NCBI GenBank assembly: GCA_002269645.1
Contig: NIVC01004026.1
Coordinates: 1-63,953 of the forward strand
DNA: 63,953 nucleotides
Reading direction: 5' to 3'
Origin: Macrostomum lignano
Taxonomy: Eukaryota
The position numbers and the translations under genes are program-made. The notes below the pieces were generated by a model. It had not been told where the DNA came from and made no database searches. It saw only the letters and a program-made list of their open reading frames with translations. Below, piece after piece: positions 46,375-59,600 of the stretch (position 1 is the first letter of the stretch; each line of letters starts with the position of its first letter).

Positions 46375-47903
46375 ATCCCAACCCTCTGATTTCAAGGTCA
46401 ATCTCCACCCCCTGATTTCAAGGTCAATCTCCACCCTCTGATTTCAAGGTCAATCCCCACCCTCTGATTTCAAGGTCAATCTCCACCCTCTGATTTCAAG
46501 GTAAATCCCCACCCTTTGATTTCAAGGTCAATCTCCACCCTCTGATTTCAAGGTCAATCTCCACCCTCTGATTTCAAGGTCAATCCCCACCCTCTGATTT
46601 CAAGGTCAATCCCCACCCTCTGATTTCAAGGTCAATCTCCACCCTCTGATTTCAAGGTCAATCCCCACCCTCTGATTTCAAGGTCAATCTCCACCCTCTG
46701 ATTTCAAGGTCAATCCCAACCCCCTGATTTCAAGGTCAATCTCCACCCTCTGATTTCAAGGTCAATCCCCACCCTCTGATTTCTAGGTCAATCTCCACCC
46801 TCTTATTTCAAGGTCAATCTCCACCCTCTGATTTCAAGGTCAATCTCCACCCTCTGATTTCAAGGTCAATCTCCACCCTCTGATTTCAAGGTCAATCTCC
46901 ACCCTCTGATTTCAAGGTCAATCCCCACCCTCTGATTTCAAGGTCAATCTCCACCCTCTGATTTCAAGGTCAATCTCCACCCTCTGATTTCAAGGTCAAT
47001 CTCCACCCTCTGATTTCAAGGTAAATCCCCACCCTTTGATTTCAAGGTCAATCCCCACCCTCTGATTTCAAGGTCAATCCCCACCCTTTGATTTCAAGGT
47101 CAATCCCCACCCTCTGATTTCAAGGTCAATCTCCACCCTCTGATTTCAAGGTAAATCCCCACCCTTTAATTTCAAGGTCAATCCCCACCCTCTGATTTCA
47201 AGGTCAATCTCCACCCTTTGATTTCAAGGTCAATCCCCACACTCTGATTCCAAGGTCAATCTCCACCCTCTGATTTCAAGGTCAATCCCCACCCTCTGAT
47301 TTCTAGGTCAATCTCCACCCTCTTATTTCAAGGTCAATCTCCACCCTCTGATTTCAAGGTCAATCTCCACCCTCTGATTTCAAGGTCAATCTCCACCCTC
47401 TGATTTCAAGGTCAATCTCCACCCTCTGATTTCAAGGTCAATCCCCACCCTCTGATTTCAAGGTCAATCTCCACCCTCTGATTTCAAGGTCAATCTCCAC
47501 CCTCTGATTTCAAGGTCAATCTCCACCCTCTGATTTCAAGGTAAATCCCCACCCTTTGATTTCAAGGTCAATCCCCACCCTCTGATTTCAAGGTCAATCC
47601 CCACCCTTTGATTTCAAGGTCAATCCCCACCCTCTGATTTCAAGGTCAATCTCCACCCTCTGATTTCAAGGTAAATCCCCACCCTTTAATTTCAAGGTCA
47701 ATCCCCACCCTCTGATTTCAAGGTCAATCTCCACCCTTTGATTTCAAGGTCAATCCCCACACTCTGATTCCAAGGTCAATCTCCACCCTCTGATTTCAAG
47801 GTCAATCTCCACCCTTTAATTTCAAGGTCAATCTCCACCCTTTAATTTCAAGGTCAATCCCAACCCTCTGATTTCAAGGTCAATCCCCACCCTCTGATTT
47901 CAA
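46375..47903. repeat. 26-bp minisatellite (ctccaccctctgatttcaaggtcaat)
   Basis: About 58 units with a 520-bp higher-order duplication. Confidence 0.95.
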
Positions 47904-48331
47904 GGTCAATCCCGGTTTTTACCCCAATGGTCGCTTCTGGTTCTAGATTACTATTGCAAGTTCTTGACGCCTCGATTGTAAAAAGTTGATTTTTTTGAGA
48001 GCTCAGTTTTTCTTTGAGTATCGCTAGTATATCGCCTGCTGGTATCTAATACTGTTTTTAAGGTGTTTCCGTTTTATTTAATTATGTACTTTAAGGCTGA
48101 TGCCATCTGGTATCCTGTTTTTCAATTAAGCCTTTTTCATGTTTTAACAACCCTGTATGCATAGCGAGTGCCCTTGCTGCGGTCAGCAGATATAAATATA
48201 TGATTCTGATGTATTTACCTGTTTTAAAACTGCTATCTCTGGTATGCGAGACAGTAAATAATTATTTTATTTTTTGTCATTATTTGAACTCTGCGTTGCA
48301 ATTTTTTGTCCAGATAATATCTATCCCAATA

Positions 48332-49168
48332 TCAGACTGTCACATTCACAGAGAGCTCATTGTCAGACTGTCACATTCACAGAGAGCTCATTGTCAGACT
48401 GTCACATTCACAGAGAGCTCATTGTCAGACTGTCACATTCACAGAGAGCTCATTGTCAGACTGTCACATTCACAGAGAGCTCATTGTCAGACTGTCACAT
48501 TCACAGAGAGCTCATTGTCAGACTGTCACATTCACAGAGAGCTCATTGTCAGACTGTCACATTCACAGAGAGCTCATTGTCAGACTGTCACATTCACAGA
48601 GAGCTCATTGTCAGACTGACACATTCACAGAGAGCTCATTGTCAGACTGTCACATTCACAGAGAGCTCATTGTCAGACTGTCACATTCACAGAGAGCTCA
48701 TTGTCAGACTGTCACATTCACAGAGAGCTCATTGTCAGACTGTCACATTCACAGAGAGCTCATTGTCAGACTGACACATTCACAGAGAGCTCATTGTCAG
48801 ACTGTCACATTCACAGAGAGCTCATTGTCAGACTGTCACATTCACAGAGAGCTCATTGTCAGACTGTCACATTCACAGAGAGCTCATTGTCAGACTGTCA
48901 CATTCACAGAGAGCTCATTGTCAGACTGACACATTCACAGAGAGCTCATTGTCAGACTGTCACATTCACAGAGAGCTCATTGTCAGACTGTCACATTCAC
49001 AGAGAGCTCATTGTCAGACTGACACAGAGAGCTCATTGTCAGACTGTCACATTCACAGAGAGCTCATTGTCAGACTGTCACATTCACAGAGAGCTCATTG
49101 TCAGACTGCCACATTCACAGAGAGCTCATTGTCAGACTGACGCATTCACAGAGAGCTCATTGTCAGAC
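48332..49168. repeat. 31-bp minisatellite (cagactgtcacattcacagagagctcattgt)
   Basis: Tandem units. Confidence 0.95.
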
Positions 49169-49174
49169 TTACAT

Positions 49175-49248
49175 TGGACAGAGCAGTTCAGCGGTTAACG
49201 CGTCGGACTCGTGCCAGGAGTACCCGGGTTCGATTCCGCGAGCGGCCA
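49175..49248 (+). pseudogene. tRNA-derived sequence (Thr-CGT-like pseudo-tRNA or SINE head)
   Basis: A-box-like agttcagcggtt, gcgtcggactcgt anticodon arm remnant, B-box ggttcgattcc; acceptor and anticodon stems pair poorly. Confidence 0.5.
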
Positions 49249-49956
49249 CACAAAAATGTCGATTTACACACACGAGGGCCAACCTTCAAGGCAGAGAGTG
49301 TACGACTCTTACATGCTTTACAATGAAAAAGTGCGTGCTGTTTGGCAAATTTCAAAATCCATCTTTCATTGAGAGATTATAAACGCATTAACATAAAATC
49401 TATTGCTAAATTTAGACTCTCGCCTCGGGTGTTTCGTCTTTTATGGCATTGGGTAAAATTTGCCAAATCTGGCTGGCTGCATGGCCCGCTGCAGTCGGGT
49501 GCGAGCTGCCACTCCGTGGGAAATTTCTCGTGACGGCCACACCCAGTGTAGCGGTCGCTCAGTCCGGGTGCTCCCTTCGGTTCCGTTCATAAAGAGCGCG
49601 CGGACCGAGGCTTCTGGAGTTTTTCTCGAATCTCCCCCGCCCCTGCTCGGCTCGGAAGTTTTCTCAAGCGCAGGCAGATTAGTTGGGTGTTGACTAGCAG
49701 CCTACTGCTGCATGCAGGAGCGCCCCCGGCCTTGGCATCAGCCCCCAGCAGAGACCGCAACTTGGACATATTCGACAAGGCTCTGATCGGTTTCGAGCAG
49801 CAATTTTCGAGCTCAAGGCGCGGCAGCTTCGACCAGCAGAACCGTCCCCGTCGTCAAAAGCTGCAAAATAAGCCGATAATCCAGCGGAAGAGGTTCAGCA
49901 GCAGCGATAACCGACTGGCTGAGATTGAAGAGACCAGCCAGCTAGGAGAAGAAGAC

Positions 49957-52541
49957 ATGAGCCGGTGCGTGTCGCTGCGGGAGTCGGATTGCAAGTAGAG
50001 TTTTGCTAGATCTCAGTAGATCTCTGCTAGATCTCAGTAGATTTCTGCTAGATCTCTGCTAGATCTCTGCTAGATCTCAGTAGATCTCTGCTAGATCTCT
50101 GCTAGATCTCAGTAGATCTCAGTAGATCTCTGCTAGATCTCAATAGATCTCAGTTAGATCTCTGCTACATCTCAGTAGATCTCAGTAGATCTCAGTAGAT
50201 CTCTGCTAGATCTCAGTAGATCTCAGTAGATCTCTGCTAGATCTCAGTAGATCTCAGTAGATCTCTGCTTGGATCTCAGTAGATCTCAGTAGGTCTCTGC
50301 TAGATCTCAGTAGATCTCAGTTAGATCTTTGCTAGATCTCAGTAGATCTCAGTTAGATCTCTGCTAGATCTCAGTAGATCTCTGCTTGGATCTCTGCTAG
50401 ATCTTAGTAGATCTCTGCTTGGATCTCAGTAGGTCTGCTAGATATCTGCTGGATCTCAGTAGATCTCTGCTAGATCTCTGTAGATCTCAGGTAGAACCTA
50501 GTAGATCTTTGCTTGATCTCAGGTAAATCTCAGTAGATCTCTGCTAGATCTCGATTAGATATCCGCTAGATCTCATGAGCAAGTATGTCGGATGAAAGCA
50601 TGGATATATGAATATGATACTTAAGAAGATCTCTAGTTAGACTTCAGGTGCATCTTTGAGTAGCTGGATCTCAGATAAGCTCACTGCATGGATCCGCATA
50701 GCTTGCAGATCCACTATTAACGACAGCATTTTTAGAAACTGAAAGAGGCAGCGAGTGGGAAAAATAAAATCAGTAGTGCAGACGCATTTCGTCAGTAGCT
50801 TGAACGCGCATGACCACACAAATTTGGCGATAATCGGACAAAAAAGTTCATGCACTCAAACCGCGGCCCACTATTGACAGCAGCTTCCAGCAGTACAGCC
50901 GGCAGAGGGTCTCCACCAGCAGCAGCAGCGGCGGCGGCGGCGGCTTAGGCGGCTTCGGCACCGGCCTCGCTCTACCCCGGCGAACTCATTCAATCAGCTC
51001 GGACGGCTGGGGCCGCAGCGGCGGCAGTTCCGGCTACCAGCGGCAGGTGTTCCGGCAGAGCTTCCGGCAGGCTGTAAGCTGGGATGGGGTCGGGTTGGTG
51101 TGTATCAGGGGTCGGCAAACTTTATTACCTCAAGGGCCTGATAGAGAATCCTGCTCATGGCTGCAGGCCAGATGAGTGGAAAGGAGAGGGAATGGAGGAT
51201 GAGATATGAATGAAGAGAGGAGAGTCGGGAGATGGGACGTGGGAAGAGATGAGAGAAAAGATTTGAGGAGAGAAGACGGGAGAAAGAAGAGGGGAGAAAG
51301 AAGAGGAGAGAGAGAAGAGGGGAGAGAGGAGAGGAAAAAGAAGAGAGAGGGGAGAGAGGAGAGGGGGAGAGAATAGGAGAGAGGGGAGAGAGGAGAGAGA
51401 GGAGAGAGGAGAGGAAAGAGAGGAGAGGGGAGAGAGGAGAGGGGGAGAGAATAGGAGAGAGAGGAGAGAGAGGAGAGAGGAGAGGGGAGAGAGGAGAGAG
51501 GGGAGAGAGGAGAGGGGGGAGAGGAGAGGGGGAGAGAATAGGAGAGGGGAGAGAGGAGAGAGGAGAGGAAAGAGAAAAGAGGGGAGAGAGGAGAGGGGGA
51601 GAGAATAGGAGAGAGGGGAGAGAGGAGAGAGAGAGGAGAGAGAGAGAGAGGGAGAGAGGAGAGGAGAGGGGGAGAGAGGAGAGAGGAGAGGAGAGAGAGA
51701 GGAGAGGGGAGAGAGGAGAGGGGGAGAGAATAGGAGAGAGGGGAGAGAGGAGAGAGAGAGGAGAGAGGAGAGGAAAGAGAGGAGAGGGGAGAGAGGAGAG
51801 GGGGAGAGAATAGGAGAGAGGGGAGAGAGAGAGAGGAGAGAGGAGAGGGAGAGAGGAGAGAGGGGAGAGAGGAGAGGGGAGAGAGGAGAGAGGAGAGAGA
51901 GGAGAGGGGAGAGAATAGGAGAGGGAGAGAGGATAGGGGACAGAGGAGAGAGGGGAGAGAGGACAGAGGAGAGAGGAGAGGAAAGAGACGAGAGGGGAGA
52001 GAGGAGAGGGGAGAGAGGAGAGAGAGGAGAGGGAGAGAGGAGAGGAAAGAGAGGAGAGAGAGGAGAGGGGAGAGAATAGGAGAGGGGAGAGAGGAGAGAG
52101 AGGAGAGGGGAGAGAGGAGAGAGGGGAGAGAGGAGAGGGGAGAGAGGAGAGGGGAGAGAGGAGAGGGGAGAGAGGAGAGGGGAGAGAGGAGAGGAAAGAG
52201 AGGAGAGAGAGGAGAGGGGAGAGAGGAGAGGGGAGAGAGGAGAGGGGAGAGAGGAGAGGGGAGAGAGGAGAGGGGAGAGAGGAGAGGGGAGAAAGGAGAG
52301 AAGGGAGTGAAAGGGGGAGAGGGGAGCAAAAAGAGAGCTGAGAAGACACAAACCTTGAGCGGGCCGGATTGCTATTGTGAAGTTTCAAAGGACCCGAGGG
52401 CCGGATGAAGAGGCTTCGCGGGTCGGAGTTTGCCGAGCCCTGGGTCTGCCTGGACCTCAAACAAGTCCACTCCTCTTTGCCAGGCGCCGCCACCTGTGCT
52501 GACGGGCGGTCGCCAGCAGTCTTTCTACTCCTACAGCAGCA

Positions 52542-52575
<34 letters not shown>

Positions 52576-54494
52576 AGGCGGCGGGGCAGGCTGGCTGCAG
52601 CACCACCGACCTCCGTCAGCCGCTCTGGGAAGTAGCGGCACCAACAGCAGGAGCTACTTTGTCACCACTGAGACGTCGTCCGCGGGCGGTGTCGGCGGCG
52701 GCGGCGGCGGTATCAGCGGACGGCAGTCGTCGGCGGGCGGCGCGTACTTCTCCGAGGGTCTGGTCATCAAGCCGGGCGGTGCGTCAGCCAGCTCGGCCAT
52801 GCTGCAGCAGCAACAGCAGCAGCAGCACCAGCAGCACCAGCAGCACCAGCAGCACCAGCAGCACCAGCAGCACCAGCAGCTGTTTCGACGCGACTCCACA
52901 GGCAGCGTGGAGCGGGAGCTGCTGCGCTATCAGCAGCGAGACAGCGGCGGCAGCCGGCAGTATAAGGTGAATGCTACTAATTGGCTTCGCGGTATCTTTA
53001 GACCCGAGTAGGCTGATGCATTCACGGCCAGAGCTGCTGTAAGTTAAGCAGAACTGGCTGTGGTTAGTATCTAGAATTGCGTCTGAATGGCCGCATCTAG
53101 AGAACCAATCTAGAGTCGAGCCGTGAAATCCGCGGTTATCATTGTGAACCGGCTTCCTCCCCCCACACGCCCGTCAGGTGGAGGCCCGGCAGCCGGACGA
53201 GAACGTGCACTCCGAGGGCTTCCTAGTTCAGCGCCGGTCCATCGGTCGCTGGGGCGGCGGCGACGGCGGCGGCATCGCCAGCCGGGAGCAGCGGACGGCC
53301 ATCAGCGAACAAGAGGAGCAGCAGAGATTTCAGCGACAGCAGAACGCCGACTACCCGGTGCTGAAGGTGCACCAGCCCTACAAGATGAAGTTTCTCATGA
53401 GCAAGGAGGCTCCGCCCGCAGTGTACAGCAGCGGCAGCGCCGAAGAGTCCTCGGTCAGAGAGAGGTTCGCCAGCGACCTGTACCGCGGCCGGCACGGCAG
53501 GCAGAGCGTCGTCGGTGGCTTCGGCGGCGACGGTGGCGCCGTCCGACAGTTCAGCCAGCAGCGGTTCATCTATGGCGCCAGAGCCGAGTCGCCAGAGGCA
53601 TCGGCGATCGTCCAGACCCATACAAAGACATCGGACAACTACGGCGGCACCATCAGGGAGGGCACCATTCAGCAGCATCTGGCCACGGAGAAGTCGGCCG
53701 GGTTCAAGGACGACGAGCTGGAGGCGGCGCTGAGCAGGCTGGAGCTGAGCGAAGGCGGCCAGCGGGATGAGGAGACTACAGAGACTAAAACAACAAAGAC
53801 TACGACACAGACTGTGCAGAGCGGCGAGTCCAAGGAGACGTCGGCGGCGGCGGCAGCTGCTGCACTGAAGCGCAAGCAGTCCACCATGTCGCGGGTGTCG
53901 GTGCAGAACGACAAGGAGGAGGAGGAGGTCAGCTACTTCATGGACGGCGACCGGCTGAGGAAGCGGGTGAAGCGACGCCGCTACGCGGATGGCAAGCTGG
54001 TGAACGAGAAGGAAGAGGTGGCCAGCCTGACGGAGGCCGAGCAGCGGGAGATCAGCGAGCACCGCAGCCAGTGGCAGTGGAGCAGCAGCGGCGGCGGCGC
54101 CGGCAGCAGCAGCAGCAGCAAGACAGTCGTTGTCACAGAAGACGGGAACCGCGCCGTCCGGCGCCCCAAGAAGCGCCGCTGCGCCTGCTGCTACCCGCGG
54201 CACAAGCGCTACAAATCGGTGCCAGAGACGGCCCAGCCGCAGCAGCAGCAGGCAGCGGCCCAGCAGTCCAGCTGGAGCAGCCGGCGCGGCCCCGACGGCG
54301 CCGTGATCACCGAGACAACGACTACGACAACGACGGCGAACGGTGGCTCCGTCACGGAGACAAGGACGAGAAAACAGAAATCGAAAAGCGGCGGCTGCTG
54401 CGGCCGGAAGAAGCGGAACAGCTGGCGGGCTGAGCAGCAGAACGGAGCCGGGGCTGCGAGTCAGCCGGTTGTCACCTTTGATGAGCGCAGGTAG
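49957..54494 (+). CDS. Low-complexity Gly/Ser/Gln/Thr-rich protein of unknown function
   Basis: Exons 50881-51073, 52484-52966, 53178-54494 have CAG acceptors, GT donors and matching phase 0. An upstream exon ending at 49994 (open frame from 49687, ATG 49957, weak GTAGAG donor) is tentative, so the 5' end is unresolved. Confidence 0.7.
50005..50575. repeat. 10/11-bp repeat (tagatctcag / tagatctctgc)
   Basis: AGATCT-cored tandem units in an intron. Confidence 0.9.
51180..52340. repeat. Homopurine GA-rich satellite (gagaggagagggga)
   Basis: Almost purine-only plus strand inside intron 51074-52483. Confidence 0.95.
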
Positions 54495-54789
54495 ACGGAC
54501 GCGAGCAGATTGGACTGACCATTAAATTGTTATAATCGGTAATGGTTGCATACGCTCGTAACAATACTGCTTATTGAGTTTTTATCAATGCGCGTCAGCT
54601 GATCAGGCTAAAATTATACGCGGCCAATAGCTATATTAGCTAGCTCGTATATTGTTTATGGCTTCTACAAATATAATTAATTATTGATGATTATTGTGCT
54701 CCAAATATCACGGGAACTCCGACACAGCCTTAAAAGCTTCCAATTTTCACTACTGTGTATCTTGTGTGACTCGTCTGTTACGGTAAATA

Positions 54790-55416
54790 AGAACACAATG
54801 ATGCGGTCCAGTTATCCCAACTACAATCGAAAACACAATGATGCGGTCCAGTTATCCCAACTACAATCGGTGAACACAATGATGCGGTCCAGTTATCCCA
54901 ACTACAATCGGTGAACACAATGATGCGGTCCAGTTATCCCAACTACAATCGGTGAACACAATGATGCGGTCCAGTTATCCCAACTACAATCGGTGAACAC
55001 AATGATGCGGTCCAGTTATCCCAACTACAATCGGTGAACACAATGATGCGGTCCAGTTATCCCAACTACAATCGGTGAACACAATGATGCGGTCCAGTTA
55101 TCCCAACTACAATCGAGAACACAATGATGCGGTCCAGTTATCCCAACTACAATCGAGAACACAATGATGCGGTCCAGTTATCCCAACTACAATCGGTGAA
55201 CACAATGATGCGGTCCAGTTATCCCAACTACAATCGAGAACACAATGATGCGGTCCAGTTATCCCAACTACAATCGAGAACACAATGATGCGGTCCAGTT
55301 ATCCCAACTACAATCGGTGAACACAATGATGCGGTCCAGTTATCCCAACTACAATCGAGAACACAATGATGCGGTCCAGTTATCCCAACTACAATCGTGA
55401 ACACAATGATGCGGTC
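54790..55416. repeat. 40/41-bp minisatellite (gaacacaatgatgcggtccagttatcccaactacaatcggt)
   Basis: Tandem units. Confidence 0.95.
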
Positions 55417-56601
55417 CCGTGTACGAGTGTTAGTGTACACGCATCATTAAGTCTAAATTGTAGGTAAATCCCTGATTATTTGGCTTGCATCATTTCTAAT
55501 TTGTATCTTTCGAATGAAACATACGAACTAGCCTAAAATATTAATTAAATATTCGGTTTCACAAAATAATTTAGAAACTCGAACAGCAGCCGTCTTCTTT
55601 CATTAACCATATAATGCCACTGTAAATATGAATGGCAATATTCGCCAGCTAATAATATTAGTAGTTGATTACTGCCTTGTGCATTCCATGCCTGTTGTAA
55701 AAAAGTTTATTTAATATAAAAATTATCTAAGGAATTTATGACAGGCGGACAGCCGTAGCGAATGCGGTCGAGGTTTTTTAAAGTGCGCTTTGGGATGAGT
55801 GGGGGGGACAACAAAAATGACAACAAATAAATGAATTAAATATTCGATGCGAGAAAAGATCAAATAAACAGCTTTGTGACCAATTAATTAATAATTAATC
55901 ATTTACTGACGCTGAAAAAGTCATGGCTGTGACACTTGGGGAGTAAACAACACAATCACCAGAGTTAGTAGTATAGATAGATTATCAACTGAGTAGTAGT
56001 CTGTAGCGAATCTGATTTGGTAATTCGTGAGAATAATGCGACGAAAATTGATCGAACCATATGGCTAGCAAATCAGGCAGAAAAGACAGAAAAGCAAAAA
56101 GCAGAACAGCAGCTAGCGACTAAGATTTGGTTAGACAGGAGAAAAAAGCAGAAATGTTCCTGAAACACGGCAAAATGGAATTTTTTAAAATTAAGGTTAT
56201 TGTTTGCAAAATTAATTTTTGCGTCGAAATTTAGGATTAAACATTTGTTAACATACTACTGTGAAAAATCACACGAATCTTTTTAATGAATAAGCAATAT
56301 TATAAGAATACGGCAAATAAAACAGAATCGTAAATTGGTAAAAAAACTGGCGGCTTCATAAAAAATTCGTTTAACTGAGAAAATAATTAATAGAGAGCTA
56401 ACTAGAGGGGAAATTTTTATCGTTAAAATGTTCTCTTCGCGATATACTTTCCATACTACTCAGGCCAAGCAATAGTAGTCACCTTTGCTTATGCCTGCCT
56501 TAATATATTTTTCTCTCGGAGAAAACGGGTTGTAAAATTATTTTTTTCAACTCCCAGAAAAATGTTGTTTCTTAGAAAAACAAATCGATCAGTCAACGGC
56601 T

Positions 56602-59600
56602 TCACCACAGGCTGCCTGAGCTGGCACCGCCGGGCGGCTGGTGCGTCCGGATGCCGCTCCTGGCCGGCTTGGTGTCGTCGAACTGGGCGCCGGACAGGCT
56701 GAACGAGCTCTCCTGCATGTGGCGCCCGCCGCCCCGGGTTGGCGGCCTGTGGAAGACGTTCTCTGCGGCCGCCTCCGGGCCGCCGCCGCCGCCAGCGGCT
56801 CCCGGCTGCTCCTTGGCCACCGCCTTCTGGCGCTCCTGCTCGGCCTTCAAATCGATGACCGGACCGTCGTAGGCGTCCCTAGCAACCGCCACGGTGCCGG
56901 CGGACTTGGCAGCCTCGCGCTTCTCCAACCGGTTGTAAACGTAGGGCGGGAAGGCCGGCATCGGCACGAAGCGGCCGGCGCCCTGCGTGACCTTCAGCTG
57001 GCGCTCGTCAACCACGAGGCGGCCGCCGCTAATAACGAACTCGGCGATGCCGTGGCACACCATGCCTTCGAATATGTTGAAGTCCACGTTCTGGTGGTGC
57101 GTCTTGGCCGAGATGGTCCTGCGAGTGTGCATTCGGATGATGATACAGTTTCATGCTTTCGCAAATAAAGTCCACTTGGCTTTCTTATGGTTATAGAAAT
57201 TAGCAATGGAAATCCCCCAACCCGCACAATTTGGAAAATCCTCAATGGAAAATCATCAACTTGCAAATATGGAAAATCTTCAATAGAAAATCCCCAACTT
57301 GTACAATATGGAAAATCCTCAATGGAAAATCCCCAACCCGCACAATATGGAAAATCCTCAATGGAAAATCCCCAACTTGCACAATATGGAAAATCCTCAA
57401 TGGAAAATCCCCAACCCGCACAATATGGAAAATCCTCAATGGAAAATCCCCAACTTGCACAATATGGAAAATCCTCAATGGAAAATCCCCAACCTGTACA
57501 ATATGGAAAATCCTCAATGGAAAATCCCCAACCCGCACAATATGGAAAATCCTCAATGGAAAATCCCCAACCCGCACAATATGGAAAATCCTCAATGGAA
57601 AATCCCCAAATTGCAAAATATGGAAAATCCTCAATGGAAAATCCCCAACTTGCACAATATGGAAAATCCTCAATGGAAAATCCCCAACTTGCACAATATG
57701 GAAAATCCTCAATGGAAAATCCCCAACTTGCACAATATGGAAAATCCTCAATGGAAAATCCCCAACCTGTACAATATGGAAAATCCTCAATGGAAAATCC
57801 CCAACCCGCACAATATGGAAAATCCTCAATGGAAAATCCCCAACCCGCACAATATGGAAAATCCTCAATGGAAAATCCCCAAATTGCAAAATATGGAAAA
57901 TCCTCAATGGAAAATCCCCAACTTGCACAATATGGAAAATCCTCAATGGAAAATCCCCAACTTGCACAATATGGAAAATCCTCAATGGAAAATCCCCAAC
58001 TTGCAAAATATGGAAAATCTTCAATGGAAAATCCCCAACTTGCACAATATGGAAAATCCTCAATGGAAAATCCCCAACCTGCACAATATGGAAAATCCTC
58101 AATGGAAAATCCCCAACTTGCACAATATGGAAAATCCTCAATGGAAAATCCCCAACTTGCACAATATGGAAAATTCTCAATGGAAAATCCCCCAACTTGC
58201 ACAATATGAAAAATCCTCAATGGAAAATCCCCAAACCAAGAAGTCCTCAAGCCTCACCTGGTCTCCTTGGCATTCCAGACCACAATGTCGGCATCGGATC
58301 CCACAGCGATGCGGCCCTTCTGCGGGTACAGGTTGAACACCTTGGCAGCGTTGGTCGAGGTGGCGGCCACGAACTGACAGGGGTCCAAGATGCCGGTCTC
58401 CACGCCCTTCTCCCACAGCACGCTCATCCGGTCCTCCACGCCGTTGACTCCGTTGGGGATTCGGCGGAAGTCGTCTTTGCCCAGCGCCTTCTGGTCGGCC
58501 TTGAACACGCAGTGATCGGTGCCCGTGCAGGTCAGCTCGCCCGTGGCCAGCATGCGCCACAGGCGCTCCTTGGTGCTGGGGTCACGCAGCGGCGGGCTGA
58601 GCACGTGACCGGCGGCGTGACGCCAGCAGGTGTGCTGAAGGAGGGATGGTGGGAGATGTCATGGCTCAATAGGGAGTTGCTGAGATGCCAGTTGGCTCAA
58701 TGGGGAGTTGCTGAGATGCCAGTTGGCTCAATGGGGAGTTGCTGAGATGCCAGTTGGCTCAATGGGGAGTTGCTGAGATGCCAGTTGGCTCAATGGGGAG
58801 TTGCTGAGATGCCAGTTGGCTCAATGGGGAGTTGCTGAGATGCCAGTTGGCTCAATGGGGAGTTGCTGAGATGCCAGTTGGCTCAATGGGGAGCTGCTGA
58901 GATGCCAGTTGGCTCAATGGGGATTTGGGAAGGCACAGAGAGTGTACATGCCTGATGATTAGAAAGTCAGGGCCGCTGTGTACACTCTGTGTGAGCGTGT
59001 GTACAGCATCTGCTGTTAATATTAATTTTTCGCTCTGCTACTGTCAGTAATGCAATAGAAAATTGATAACTGACCAGAACATTCCCATAGCCAAACCTGA
59101 TAGCTGGAGTTGTCACAGGCCAGCCCGGCGGCGATGGGCTCGCCGTAGCAGACCTGGCCACGCCGGCGCGCCTTGGAAATGGCCTCGCCGGCCTCGGCGC
59201 TCATCACGTGCACCACATAGAGCGGGCAGTTGGCCTCGTCAGCTATGGCCAGCGCGCGCGTAGTGGCCTCGATCTCCATGGCCTCCGGGCGGGAGTAAGA
59301 GTGACCCTCTGGCCCGCGGATTCCGTCAGCGACCAGCTGTTCGGCTTTGCGCTCGATAATCTGGTTGGGGGAGGGTGGGGAGCGGATTAGCGAGGAGCGG
59401 GATGACAGTATTGGAAATCGATACAGGCTTTACTGTCAAGATGAACTGCGCTACTGGGGGAGATGACTAAGAGACTGGTTTATTTTGAGACAGGGAGAGA
59501 CGGAGATGAAGACGGAGAGAGGGGGATAAAGGCAGAGAGAGGGAGATGGAGACGGAGACAGGGAGATGGAGACGGAGACAGGGAGATGGAGACGGAGACA

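Noticed and set aside
46375-49168. Regular 26-44-bp repeats resembling CRISPR arrays
   Set aside because: Units are head-to-tail with no unique spacers, there are no cas genes, and the context is intron-containing eukaryotic DNA.
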